DNA from: Lama glama
Lineage: Eukaryota
DNA: 64,000 bases
Direction of reading: 5' to 3'
NCBI GenBank assembly: GCA_028534125.1
Contig: CM052817.1
Location: 21,764,001 to 21,828,000 of the forward strand
The notes beneath the pieces are model-generated. The model saw only the letters and a program-made list of their open reading frames with translations. It was not told where the DNA came from and did not search any database. Positions 1 to 11,552 of this stretch are shown in pieces. The translations under genes were made by a program, and so were the position numbers. Position 1 is the first letter of the stretch. The number at the start of each line of letters is the position of its first letter.

Positions 1-270
1 CATGTTACCAGTTATTGGTTATACGATTACTTAAATAATAAACATACAGAAAGAAGATAAAATTTTAGTGTTTAATAAAACATATTGTGTTTCACTGAAT
101 TATATATATTTTAATATATCAAAATTTAATATGTATTTTTCTACACACACCCATATATACAGAAATACACACATATGCCCATATAATAGTAATAATTTTA
201 CCTTAGATTTTCAATGAAAAACATTTAAAAATTATAGATTTTATAAGTGAAAATGCATTCAGAATCAGAA

Positions 271-926
271 CGTTAGAGCAGGCAGATAGCTAGATATGAG
301 CAGAGAAAGGGAGACACAGGCCAAATGGCAGGAATTGGGCAGAAAGGAGGGGGTACAGGCCAAATGCAGGAAACCCACATCAGGTAAGCATCAGAGGTCC
401 CTGGGCAGAGAAAGAAAAGCAGGAACCTCTGGCCTGATAAGCGTTCATACATTTTGGGGTGACAAGTGTCCTGGAGGCCAACAAAGAAAGGTAGGAGAAG
501 GCAGGGATCTCCAGTGTTCAAATGTAACCTTTTGTTCATTATGCCCTTATCTCAATAAAACTAGCCTTTCAGATTAGAAGTACCATCATGCACTGATACC
601 ATGACACTTTCCATCCAGACTAAATAAAGATAAAAATCCCTCCTCCCTTTGGGAAGGTGGAATTGGGGTGAAAATCAGGGAATAGGACCCCAAACCCTTC
701 CCTCCCCAATGAATATTCCACCTATTCATTTTTATACTTTATGTAACCAACTTGCCAAAGAAACTCAGGGCAGCTGCTCCCCTGAGCCTGCCGGCTCTCC
801 CCTTGAGAGTGTACTATCCATCCCTTAATAAATCCTCACTTTTCTTTCTTAACCTCTGCATTTTGTCTCTGAATTCTTTCTGGAATGGGACAGGAACCTG
901 GACACTGGCTGCATCTACCAGCAACA
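271..926 (+). mobile_element. ERV1-type solo LTR (same family as 28384-28930)
   Basis: Starts (C/T)GTTAGAGCA and ends GCAACA; 4-bp TSD AGAA at 267-270 and 927-930; AATAAA at 827-832; clearly similar to the minus-strand copy at 28384-28930. Confidence 0.9.
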
Positions 927-1048
927 AGAATACTAATAAATGTAAAGATACATAATTTATTACTTAAATAAACTACCAAAATACCCCCAAAGTGAAATAA
1001 TTTCTACTAGTTTACATTAGAAAAAGCAATGAAAAAGATGAGGTTTAC

Positions 1049-1130
1049 CTATGGAAGTAGATATTTGAAATACGAGGAAATTCAAGCATTTTAGAGATTG
1101 TGAAACAGAGCTTTTTGTTGCTTTTTTGCT
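1049..1130 (-). other. Candidate 82-nt 5'UTR exon of the minus-strand transcript
   Basis: Minus-strand acceptor ttggttggtcttcttttatttccttAG (AG at 1131-1132) and donor TAG|gtaaac (1043-1048). Confidence 0.45.
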
Positions 1131-1133
1131 CTA

Positions 1134-1670
1134 AGGAAATAAAAGAAGACCAACCAAATAAGAAAAACAAAGGCTATTCATTCAGAACTTGCTTTAGCAA
1201 GGGAGTCAGACACTGCCACTTGTGTTTTGGCACTTGAAGAGAGGCAGAGGCATAGGGAAGCTTTAAAGTAAAAAAGGAAGCCTTCAGGTATGCCCTGATC
1301 AGAGATTTAGTAGATGGAAACTGTAGGTGTGCTAACTAGAAATGAGGCATCCTATGTGACTGATAAAGGGTCACACATTTGATTTTCCTTGGTTTGTCCT
1401 CAATTGGAAGCAGGGACAAAAATTAAAGAAGCTGTCAGTTATTAATCAAGTCCTGGCCATTTTGGGCTAATTGTTATGGAAGTTATTATTTATCTCCTCA
1501 GATTGTTCCTAAAGATAGCAGTCTGACTTCCTATAAGTATAACTTACAGCAGGCTAACTTCCTGTGTTGTTTCTTGTATATAAGAGGGTTGACTTCCTAG
1601 ACAGGTGTCTGCAAGTTGTGGATCAGTGTACTATTTTTATATGTGGTTCTGCAATTTTTTGTTTGCATTA
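1134..1670 (-). mobile_element. Old ERV1 LTR, MER90/MER110-like
   Basis: Reverse complement has 'accacatataaaaatag...ccacaac', 'aggaagtcagactgctatc', 'aaatggccaggacttgattaataactgacagcttc' and the 3' end 'tttggttggtcttc', which I recognise from this family. Confidence 0.7.
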
Positions 1671-2921
1671 GTTTTTCCTCTCCTTATTTGGTTTTCTTTC
1701 TCTACAATTAAATTCTCTCCAATTAAAAATGAGGATAGTCTAAAAGGTTGCAAGCACTGATACTTGAAACATAAAAGTAGCTTCCCTGTGTGTGTGGGGT
1801 TGGGGGGTTTGGCTGTATCTATAACAAATTCTGGTAATGTTGACAAGTTTTCTCTTTTCACTCTAGAAAATACAATCTTTTTACAAATAAACACAGGGAG
1901 CTTTTTGGCAATAGAAGAGTTTACAATGGTAGGATAATATTGGACTATGTTTTTCCTGATAATAGTAGAGATTAGATCTTTTCTTTCTTTTGTGTTTTTC
2001 TAAATTTGCAGATTTGTAAGAGTACAAAAGGGGAGGCTGCCAAAAGAAGGAAGGAAACATAAATGGATTTAACTTGCCCACTGAATTGGAAGATATTTTA
2101 TTCCCAGAGGCTCTCTGAAAAGTTGTAAAATTCCAGGTTTTATGAGTCTTGATTGCTATAATTAACATATGTGAAGTCTTTAAAGTCTCTTCAGAAGCAA
2201 GTATATCTACTGAAAACTACATTCAAGCAGCTTTTAAGTAGAGGGAAGTCTGTTCCATAGATTATAGCTCTCCATAAATGCCTGGCTATTATCAAGGTCA
2301 CAAGTTGATACCTAACAGTTCACCTGGAGCATAATTTTTAATGAAATGTAGGCACTTAACTATGGGAGAAAGGGAACTACATATTCTTTCGAAAGCTAGT
2401 TCATTTCTACTCTCAGGACAACAGGAAACCTACATATATATGTATATGATGCAAACATTACCCTTAATAAAAGTACGAAAGAAAATGCATCATTAAAAAA
2501 GGATTTGCTACCACCTCTGCAGTAAATTCAGAATTTGGTCTTAAGAGTTTTTCAACAATATGTGGACCAGATCTAGGTAATTTACCTTATAAGAGCAAGC
2601 AATGTGTACTGAGGAGAACATTGTATTGATTTAGGAGTCAAAATGCCTAGATTTTAGTGGTCATTCTCACATCACCTGGATAGTCTGTTCCCTTTTCTGT
2701 GAATAAAGTGATTATAGTTGAGAATTTTAAATATTCTTAAAGATTTCTGGATATTCATATTCTTAAAGAAACTTTAATCTTAAAAGATTTTAATCTTAAT
2801 ATCTTAAAGATTCTTTCTACTATCAAAGTTGTGATTCTATAGTCTCACTTCTGCCCCTTTTTCTATTTAGCTTTGTTGATAAGAACTGAACTAAGGAAAG
2901 ACAAACAATAATACAAATACA

Positions 2922-3020
2922 GGGGGAGGGTAATAGCTCGGTGGTGGAGTGCTAAGCATGCATAAGGTCCTAGGTTTGATCTCCAATACTTCCATTAAAA
3001 AATAAATACAAAAAAAATAC
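2922..3020 (+). mobile_element. tRNA-derived SINE, camelid Vic-1-like
   Basis: GGGGGAGGGTAATAGCTCGGTGGTGGAGTGC...AGCATGCATAAGGTCCTAGGTTTGATCTCC: degenerate A and B boxes followed by an A-rich tail. Confidence 0.8.
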
Positions 3021-3080
3021 AAAATATAAGTTCTCTTCCCAAGAAAGTTACAACCTAGTAATGAATATTTTATTACTGTA

Positions 3081-3372
3081 CAGTCATCCTTTGGTATCCA
3101 CTGCAGATTGGTTCCAAGAGCCCTATAGTATACCAAAATCCACAGATGCTCAAGTTCTAACATAAACTGACATAGTACAATGAATGCAGTTGGCCTTCTG
3201 TATCCATGTCAATAGACTCAACCAACAACAGATGAAAATTTAGATCTGCAGTTGGCTGAATTCATTGATCCAAAATCCATGAATACAGAAGGTTGACAAT
3301 ATATTTATTTAAAAAAACCCACACATAAATGGACCTGTGTAGTTCAAACCCGTATTGTTCAAGGATCAACTG
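3081..3372 (+). mobile_element. MER2B-like non-autonomous Tigger (Tc1/mariner) DNA transposon
   Basis: Ends CAGTCATCC...GGATCAACTG flanked by TA (3079-3080, 3373-3374); internal 'ataccaaaatccacagatgctcaag' and 'agttcaaacccgtattgttcaagg'. Confidence 0.85.
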
Positions 3373-3714
3373 TATACATGTGTATACACACACTAACCTG
3401 TATTATATATACATACAGATATACATATAGTGTATTTTATGTATATATACTATATACATATATATACACACTAACTTGCATTACAACATTTGCAAGAAAT
3501 ATCATAGTACAAAATTATATATCAAGCTCTATAAAAATATGCTCATAGAAAGAAATTCAAAGATTTGTATTTTTCTTTAAAAATATAATAAAGGAAAGAT
3601 GGATTAAGAGTACTTTCTCTTTTAGTAGATATATGAAATTAAAAGCCTTTTTGAAGGGAATGAAGTTCAATGCTTAAAATATTTATCAAAGTTTAAGTTC
3701 TGCAATAAATAGAT

Positions 3715-5150
3715 ATTCCTTTTAGTTGCTAAGTAGTATTTCACGTATTCCATTATATGAATGTACTACAGTTTGTGTACCCATTCACTGGTTGAAGTAC
3801 ATCAATTTTGTTTCTAACATTTGGCTAATATTTGTATAAAGCTGCTATACAATCTCGTCAAAAAGTCATTGTACTAAAGTTTATAATGTATATTTTAAAT
3901 TAGAGTCCAAGTTCAAATGGTATTATATCACTTTCTGTGTAGTTAGGAACCTGACCACAATGTTTCCCAATTCCAACTCATCTGATTTTTACTGTCACTT
4001 TTAGATATGCTAACACACAGCATATTGCTGATATTTTTTTTGCATTAGGCAATTATCTTTAAGAGCTTTAAATTAAAAAAAAAAACCCACAGTAATGAAC
4101 TTTCCTTTCCTTTACATCATTTTCAATGTTATTCATTTCTTTGCAGGGTCCCATGTTTAAGTCTACTATATTATTTCTAGTTGAAAAACATGCTTTAACT
4201 CTTTTAATTTCCTTAGCTTTTGTTTGAGAAAGTCTCATTTTTGAAACATATTTTTGCTTAGTAGATTACTTTGGTGTGGTAGTTTTTTTCCCCCTCCCTT
4301 TTTGGCACTTTAAAGATGTTATTCTATTTGATTGTCTTGCATGTTGTTTTTCTTTTGTCCATTTCTCAGCAATAGTCTTAGGTTACTTATTATTCAAAAC
4401 TTCTTATATAAATCAATAAAAAATGTTTAAAAAAATAAAAAATAAAATAACAGTATAGTAAATTAGAAAAAAAAAAACTTCTTAGCTTGGTGGTAGGGGG
4501 TGAAAATTTATTTGTATTAAGCCTTATTCTTGGGCATACGTCATGTCCCTGCATTGTAAGAGTCTAGTTTTTCAGTTCTGCTGTTTTTCTGCCACGACAG
4601 TTGTGAGTCCAGCATGTAACCCTGCCCTGCCCCAGGAGTAGAGTTTTCTCTGCAAATTTCCTCTCCTAGCTACAATCAGTTTTCAACTAAGGGCAGCAGT
4701 GATGATTGAACCCCATTTCTTCGAATGAACAGGAGAAGATGGATCTGGATGAAGTTTCCTGCCCCTCTTACATGGCCCCTGCTGTTAACCTCCCTCAGTT
4801 CTGCACTGCAATAGAAATTTCTCAGGACTTTTTTCAGTCTTTTCTATGAATGTTTGGTGGGGTTTGTGGAGAAAGACTCTGAGATAGGTGTAGATACCCC
4901 CAAAATCCGTAGTCCTCAGACTTTCAGACTATCTCATCTGCCAATACTTGGCATTCAAATTGTCCCTTCTTCTAGCTGCACTCTCTTTGTTGGTGCCCAG
5001 CTGTGTTTATCTCAAGTGAAAGCATGCTTCTGTCTTCTCTCTCCCTGCAGTAAATGATTATGTGGCAGTTGTTGGCTCTGCAACTTCAACTCTCTCTTGG
5101 GTTTAGCAAAAGTCATGAATTTGACGGTTGTTTAGAGCCTGGGAGCCATG
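3715..5150 (-). mobile_element. Old L1M (L1MC/L1MD-type) fragments
   Basis: Antisense L1-like motifs 'gtattccattatatgaatgtactacagtttg...cccattcact' and 'ccttagcttttgtttgagaaagtc...cactttaaagatgttattc'; boundaries approximate. Confidence 0.55.
4407..4473 (+). mobile_element. Ultra-short 5'-truncated L1 insertion with TSD
   Basis: 11-bp TSD AAAACTTCTTA (4396-4406, 4474-4484); the body 'tataaatcaataaaaaatgtttaaaaaa' matches the 3' terminus of the L1 at 47867-47894. Confidence 0.8.
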
Positions 5151-5229
5151 CTCCAGCTCTGTACATCCTGGACAGGAAGCCAGGTGCCATGGGCTTTTGA
5201 GGATAAAATAAGGTCATCATCATCATCAT

Positions 5230-5420
5230 CATCTATACTTACAAGTTGAGTACTGTTCTAAGTACTTTACAGCTTCATCTAATTTACTGACATAGTAATA
5301 CTATAAAGTAGGTAATTAGAGTATTTCTATTTTCCAGGTAAAATAAGGGATGCACATAGAGAATATTTCACTTGTCCAAATTGCTACAAGAATAGAAATT
5401 AAATTATTAAAGTACTGATC
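5230..5420 (-). mobile_element. MIR SINE
   Basis: 'tactgttctaagtactttaca...ctataaagtaggta...ctattttccaggtaaaataa...cacttgtccaa' is the antisense MIR core pattern. Confidence 0.65.
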
Positions 5421-6689
5421 CCACTGCTTACACCATTAAGCCTTAAAACTCTGGTTTCTATCATATGAGGGAGCATGTGAAAGCATCTAAGAGAGAGTTT
5501 ATGGCTACATTCAGTAAATACTCAGAAAATATTTTCATCATTTCTGTTATTCTTTGTTCCAGGTCCTTGCTGACATGTATTGTCATCTTAAAAATGCCAA
5601 AGTCCATCAAAAGTAATTCTAGTTTTTTTGCAAGTCTTTCCAGTAAATGCTTTTTTTTTTTTTAACACTGTCACATCGTGGCACATTTTATTCAGCAGCT
5701 TGAGCATTTTAGTTCACAAATAGAATCTAAGTCATTATTGATTTCTATGTCCCTTTCCTAGGGGGAAATAAGCTTTCCAACCTGTGTTTATTTTTCGAGG
5801 TTAATAATCAGATTGAGTGGTTAATGGGGATGCTTCCTTCTTGTGGTTACTGTGCACAGAGCTGAAGCTTCCGGACATTTAGGAAGGCGTCCATTGTAAG
5901 GGTATACTATTTCCCCTTTAGAAGTTAAGAGCTGAGTATAAAGCAATAGAGAAGTAAATATTCTGTGGGTATTTATAGGAGCTACATTATGCAATTTTGA
6001 CCTAAGATATTTCCCAGAAAAATAACTCAATCTTACACTGATGATTTATAAAGGCTTAGACTGGCCTCTTGAAACCACACATCTGTGACACTGATATTTT
6101 TAATTTCCTTTTGTTTGTTTAATTTCCTAACCCTATCATTGTCAAGTACCAACTGGTCACTGGGAAGAAATGCAGGTTGAAGCAATTTACTCTGAAACTA
6201 TTTTAAGAGGCCCCCTCTTGATCTAATCATAATTCCTGACATTTTCCCCTAGAAAAAAGGTCTGTCTTCAGATTTTGTCATAGGATAAAACTCTTAAAAA
6301 TTCTTATTAGAACATTGTTCAATTTTAACCTTTTGAGACACAATGGACTTTGATTAATTAATAAGCTAATGGACTCCAATCATTCCTTTATTCATTTTAA
6401 CAATCAATGCATGGACTTCCAACTTTGATTTGAGTAGCTTTGCTCATAAATATGCCAATCTTAGTGGTTATCCTTTTCATTTCAGAGCATTCTTTTGTTT
6501 TATGCATTTTTATTCTTAATGCCTCATTTTTTTTTCTTTAAACTTTAGGACAATTTATATGAAATTTTATTCTCAAGGATTTCTTACCTAAAAATCACTT
6601 GCCCAAATCTAAACAATCATTTCATTTATATTCTATAGCTATTTTATGTAGAATACAAAGATTATTTAATATTTTTAAGAACACTTACA

Positions 6690-7306
6690 GGGGGGAGCAG
6701 AGTTCCAAGGTAATCCCAAACTACACTTGGCTTTGTATACTCTCTTCCTCTTGTGTGGATGTAACCTAAGAATATCAAGAGATACCACTCCCTGTGATTA
6801 TGTTCCCTTCTATGGCAAAAGGGATTTTTCAGATATAATTAATGTTCCAAAGTCTTAAGATAGAGAGATTATGCATGTGAGCCTGACCTAATCATCTGAT
6901 CCCTTTAATGTAGGTCTAGAGGTCAGAGATGGAGGAAATCAGAAATTCAAAGTCCAAGAAGGATCTGATGTGCCTTTGCTGGCTTGAAGATTTTGGGTGC
7001 CACATGGCAGGGAATGCAGACAGCCCCTAGGAGTTAAGAGTGACTTCTGGCTGAAGATTAACAAGGAAATTGGAGCCACCCAGTCCTTTAAACGCAAGAA
7101 ACTGAATTCTGCTAACAAGAATGAGCTTGGATTCTGAATTTCACCCCAGAGCCTCCAGACAGGGGCTCAGCTTGATTTCAACCTGGTGAGCAGAGAACCC
7201 AGTAATGTCATGAAGGATTTCTGCCCTACAAAACTTTGAGTTCATAAATGTCTGCTGTTTTAAGCTATTAAATTGTGGTAAATTACTATACAGCAATAGA
7301 AAGTTA
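6690..7306 (+). mobile_element. MaLR LTR, MLT1D/E-type
   Basis: 'tatggcaaaagggatttttcagatataatta', 'cctttgctggcttgaaga', 'aagaaactgaattctgctaaca', 3' end 'gctgtttaagc...cagcaatagaaa'. Confidence 0.85.
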
Positions 7307-8959
7307 GTCTATCTTGATTCTTCTTATGTTATGCTGAATGTTTCTTTGCCTCATTCTCTTCTTCCTACTGCTAATGACACCTATGTTCTTGTTACCTGGA
7401 AATTTAATTACTTAAAAGAAAAATGCATCCATTAAAGCATCTAAGTCAAATAGCTATTACATAGGTCATAAATTTACCTCATAGAAGAAGGATCTATTCA
7501 GAGCCTAGAGACATATATTGCCTATTTTAATAAACATGTTTATCTCGTACTTTCTAGTCTGTAAGAATCAAAAGTTGATTATAAAGGAAAGTACACTGAA
7601 AAGTAAAAGCAAAAATTTCATAGTGATAAAAAAAATAGAACTTTGCAAAACAAATATAAGAGCCACAAAACTGTAATTTGAGGTCACTAATTCTCAGTTA
7701 TGCTAATTTTAAGAAATATAAGGAGTGTTTGCTAAGCAATGGGTGGGTTTACTCTAATTCCCCAGGTGGATAGGGAAGATTAAACCTAGAGATGAAAAAA
7801 GTTCTTACTTGTTAAAAGGGATTATAAGAATATCCTATCTAGCAAGGACTCTGAAGGCATATGGAGAGCCATCACAGGAAATAAATCTTTGTTGCTTTTA
7901 GCTTTTGGAATTTTGGAACAGTTTATTACACTACCACAGGATAACTTAAGTCTGTCCTGACTAAATGTGCTCTTTCTCCAGTCTTTTTCATTTTAATTTA
8001 GTGAAACTTCATTCTTCAAGTCCTTTACAGGTAAAATACTAAAATTATCCTAGACCCTTCTCTTTCTTTTATTATCAAATATTCATCATTGCATCCATAA
8101 CTAATCTGTTGATTCTATCTTCAAATATATCCACTTCTTCCCATTTATTACTCTACCTTGATTTAAGCATACTGAGCCTAATTATCCCTTACCTCGATTA
8201 CATTAGTCTTCAAACTGCTTTTTATAAAGGCTGACTCAGTAGCCTTCCTTAGGAAATGTATATTTCATTAGTCTATCATAAAATTCAGTATGTGATCATT
8301 CCATAAATAAAATTTGTACTTTCACCATGCAAGACTTTTTAACATGAGATATATTTCTAGAATTAAGAGTGCTTACCTATGATATGAGAAAGCACCTCAT
8401 TTCCAGTGGTTTCAAAACAGAAGAACATGACTTACGCTAGCTCATTAGGTAAACTCAGCAGACATAAAATCAATTTTATTAATGTAAGTTTCTTTTAAAA
8501 AGGAATAATAAATATGAAAGGAGACAGGCAAAAAGAATCCTGCTGTGTTGGATTAGAATCAGAAGTGTTAGTATTAATTTACAATTCATAAATGTGTATA
8601 TTTCCTAAGTGCTAAGAGCAGAGAAAGGGTCAAAAAATCAATGACTCCAAAAAAAGGAGCACATTTAGCACATTGATTCATTTTAAAATATCTCCTACAA
8701 CAAGGAACCAAGATCCTTAGAGAAATGGTCATTTCCAGTACCAAGGCAGGGAAAAAACATAGTGAACCCAAAATGTATTATTGTACCAGAGAGAAAGAAC
8801 TCAAAAACTTGAGAGTACATGCCAAAAGAAGATAGACGCCGACTTGAATGGGCTTCATTGGCCAACTTAGGAGCAATATGAGCATAAAATCAATAATAGC
8901 AGTGACTGAGTATAACATATATGTCAAGTATACAATATACTCTCTAAAATATTTGAAGG

Positions 8960-9360
8960 TATCATACCTGAATTTACACTGAACCACACTCAAATAATTC
9001 AAATGAGAAGATTTCAATAAAGGAACTATTTAGGAAGTAAGAACAAGTCTGAAGGAACCAAGAAGAGATGCTAAGGCCCCAGGAATCAATAGGAATAGAA
9101 AGGATTGAATGGGCCAGGGGAGGGACTGGTGTTACTTAGAACCTGGTGAAAGCTGGAACTCTGGAGGGTTGCTGAAGCTTAGAAGGTTTCTGAAACAGTG
9201 AGAGAGTGGCAACCTCTCTATTCTGCTCACTAATATCTAGGCTGGCATCTATTATTAGCCCCACTGGCCAGAGTGTTCAGGTGATACTTCCATAAGAGTC
9301 AGTCTGCTTAGCTGGGCAGGGTAGACACAGCATCTGGTAGAGCAAATATACAACAGTGGC
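8960..9360 (-). mobile_element. Ancient ERVL-type LTR, LTR33-like
   Basis: 'gatttcaataaaggaactattt...gaaggaaccaagaagagatgctaagg' resembles antisense LTR33. Confidence 0.5.
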
Positions 9361-9829
9361 ACAATATCATCCCTTTCTGAAAAATCTCAGCTAGCTGGAA
9401 ATTACAATGTAGTCTATTTCCAGAATTTGACTCAAAATTTCCTTCCTAAGTCACCTTAATTCTGTTTTATTGTCAGCCCAATTACTTCTATCCCTGGAAT
9501 ATGACAAAAAATTCTCATTGATTGGCATGCAAAGTGCTTCCATTTGTTCAAATAACTCTTACGATAACTATTTTAAGGAATGTTTCTAAGAGTCTACTCT
9601 TTAATCTACTGTTGCAATAATATCCAACAGATCTCAGATTCCTCTTGACCTAATGATACTTTTTTCCTTCTTTCTACATGACACAAAAAGAAAAATGGAG
9701 AGAAAAACAGTGTGATTGCTGAAGGCATTAAAACTTCAGAATTATTCAATAAGAAGCATGCAATTTCCACTTCACTCTTAAAGAAATGTGAAATATTCTT
9801 TTGCATCATCGTTTTTCCCTCTCTGCTGT

Positions 9830-11552
9830 GTCATTTTCATCAGCATAAAAACATATTTAAAAATCACTCATCTTAGAAAAGAGAGAAAAAACTCTCATTG
9901 ACCCTAACCCTTCTCTAGATATTTCTTCTTTTATATCAAAACTCTTAAAATCACTGTCACAATATCCTTTTTTGAAATTTTCTCTTAGCCTGATGCAACT
10001 GAGCATTTTTTTATTACCACTTTACAGAAAAATTCTCTTTTAAAGTTATCAATAACCTCCATAGTACTAAGTCCAGTGGTGGAGTTCAATTTCATTATTA
10101 TCAGCATTAAGCATAAATGATTACTCACTCATTCCTGAATTATTTTATTCCCTTGGTTTCTGGAACAACATTTTCTCTTGGTTTCCCTTCTACCTTTCTC
10201 AGTGGATACACTTTTTTCAGTTTTTTCACTTTTTCTCCTTCACCGTCCTGACCACTCGTCTTTGTGTTTCATGGCTTTGGCCTAGTACTCTTCTCTATGT
10301 ATATTTGATTCCCAAGACTATGGCTTTAAATACTTAATTCTGATCCAGATCACTCCCCTAAACTCATCTAGGCAACTCTGTATTTCGTATTGTTAGCTGG
10401 ATATCTAACCGGACTTATAAACTTGGTACACTTATATTTAAATATCTTCTGAAGAACCCCCAATGTTATTCACTAAATATGTGTAGTCTACACCTTTCAT
10501 GCACATGGTAAACGTGTATCTCTAGCCCCTTTTAAAATATAAATGTGGGCATGTCACCTGCTTTGGCAAATGAAGTATTGAGCCTAAGTTATGAGTTTTA
10601 CTTCTGGGAAGAAGCTTTACGATTTAGTGCATGATTCAATGTGTTTCCTGACCTATGCCATGGTGATTGTTAAATCACATGTCAACATGGAGTCTTGGTC
10701 AGCCTGGGCCCCTCAGGGGTTCTGACATACAAAGCTTTTGTTGTTAATTTTCTCTGGACATTTATCATAGCTGTCAATGGATTTTCATTGCTTTTTAGCA
10801 CCTGAGTTTGGAGTTGTTTGTTATCACAGCATACCTTAGCCTATACTGTCTGTGCACTTTCCTAAATGTGCTTCTTCTCGTCTTCTTCATTTTAATTTGA
10901 TGCAACTTTATCTTCCAGATAGGCCTAAAATCTTGAATTTATCCTAGACTCTTCCTTCTCACTCACATTCCACATCAAATCCATCACCAAAAAATGTTGT
11001 TTCTATCTTTAAACTTTGTCCGCTCATCACTATATACTGCTCCACCCAGATTTAAACAACTATAGCCCCTCTGTCGTTTGCCTGGATATTTACAATAGCC
11101 TCCAAACTGTTCTTCATCCCTCTCTGTGTCCTTAAAATATGTTCTCAACTGTATAACCAGGAGTCTTTCAACTACATGTCATATAATGTCACTCATTGAT
11201 CAAAACCCTACAATGACTTCCTGTCTCAAGGAGAGGAAAAGGCACACTGGCCTTCTTGTTGTCCCTTTAGCATGTACCAAGTGTGCTCTCTCCTCAAATA
11301 TTTTCATTTCCCAATCTTTCTACTTGATATATTTCCCCTGACTCTTTCTTTATTTGGGACTCATCAATGAATCTTTCAACATACGTAACAGCAACTTCTC
11401 CCACTTTCTAAACTCCTCATAGTCTTTCTTCTGCTTTATTTTCTTCCATGGCATTTATACAACCTGACATCTTATTTATGTATTATTTTGTATTGTCTCC
11501 TGCAGTAAACTGTAAGTATTTACAGAATAGGGCAATGGCTGGCATGAATGAA
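9830..11552 (+). mobile_element. L2 LINE 3' region, interrupted by an MLT1 LTR
   Basis: L2 motifs 'aataacctccatagtactaagtccagtgg', 'ctcttccttctcactcacattccacatcaaatccatcacc' and terminal 'atgaatgaa'. Confidence 0.7.
10455..10857 (+). mobile_element. MaLR LTR, MLT1I/J-type, nested in L2
   Basis: 'catgtcacctgctttggcaaatgaag...ttctgggaagaagcttta...gagttgtttgttatcacagcataccttagcctatactg'. Confidence 0.75.

Noticed and set aside
2922..2995. tRNA gene
   Set aside because: Degenerate boxes, no complete cloverleaf and an A-rich tail indicate a SINE.
5685..5757. 73-nt minus-strand exon candidate with a fair acceptor
   Set aside because: The donor at that length (AAT|gtgcca) is very weak; not supportable without transcript data.
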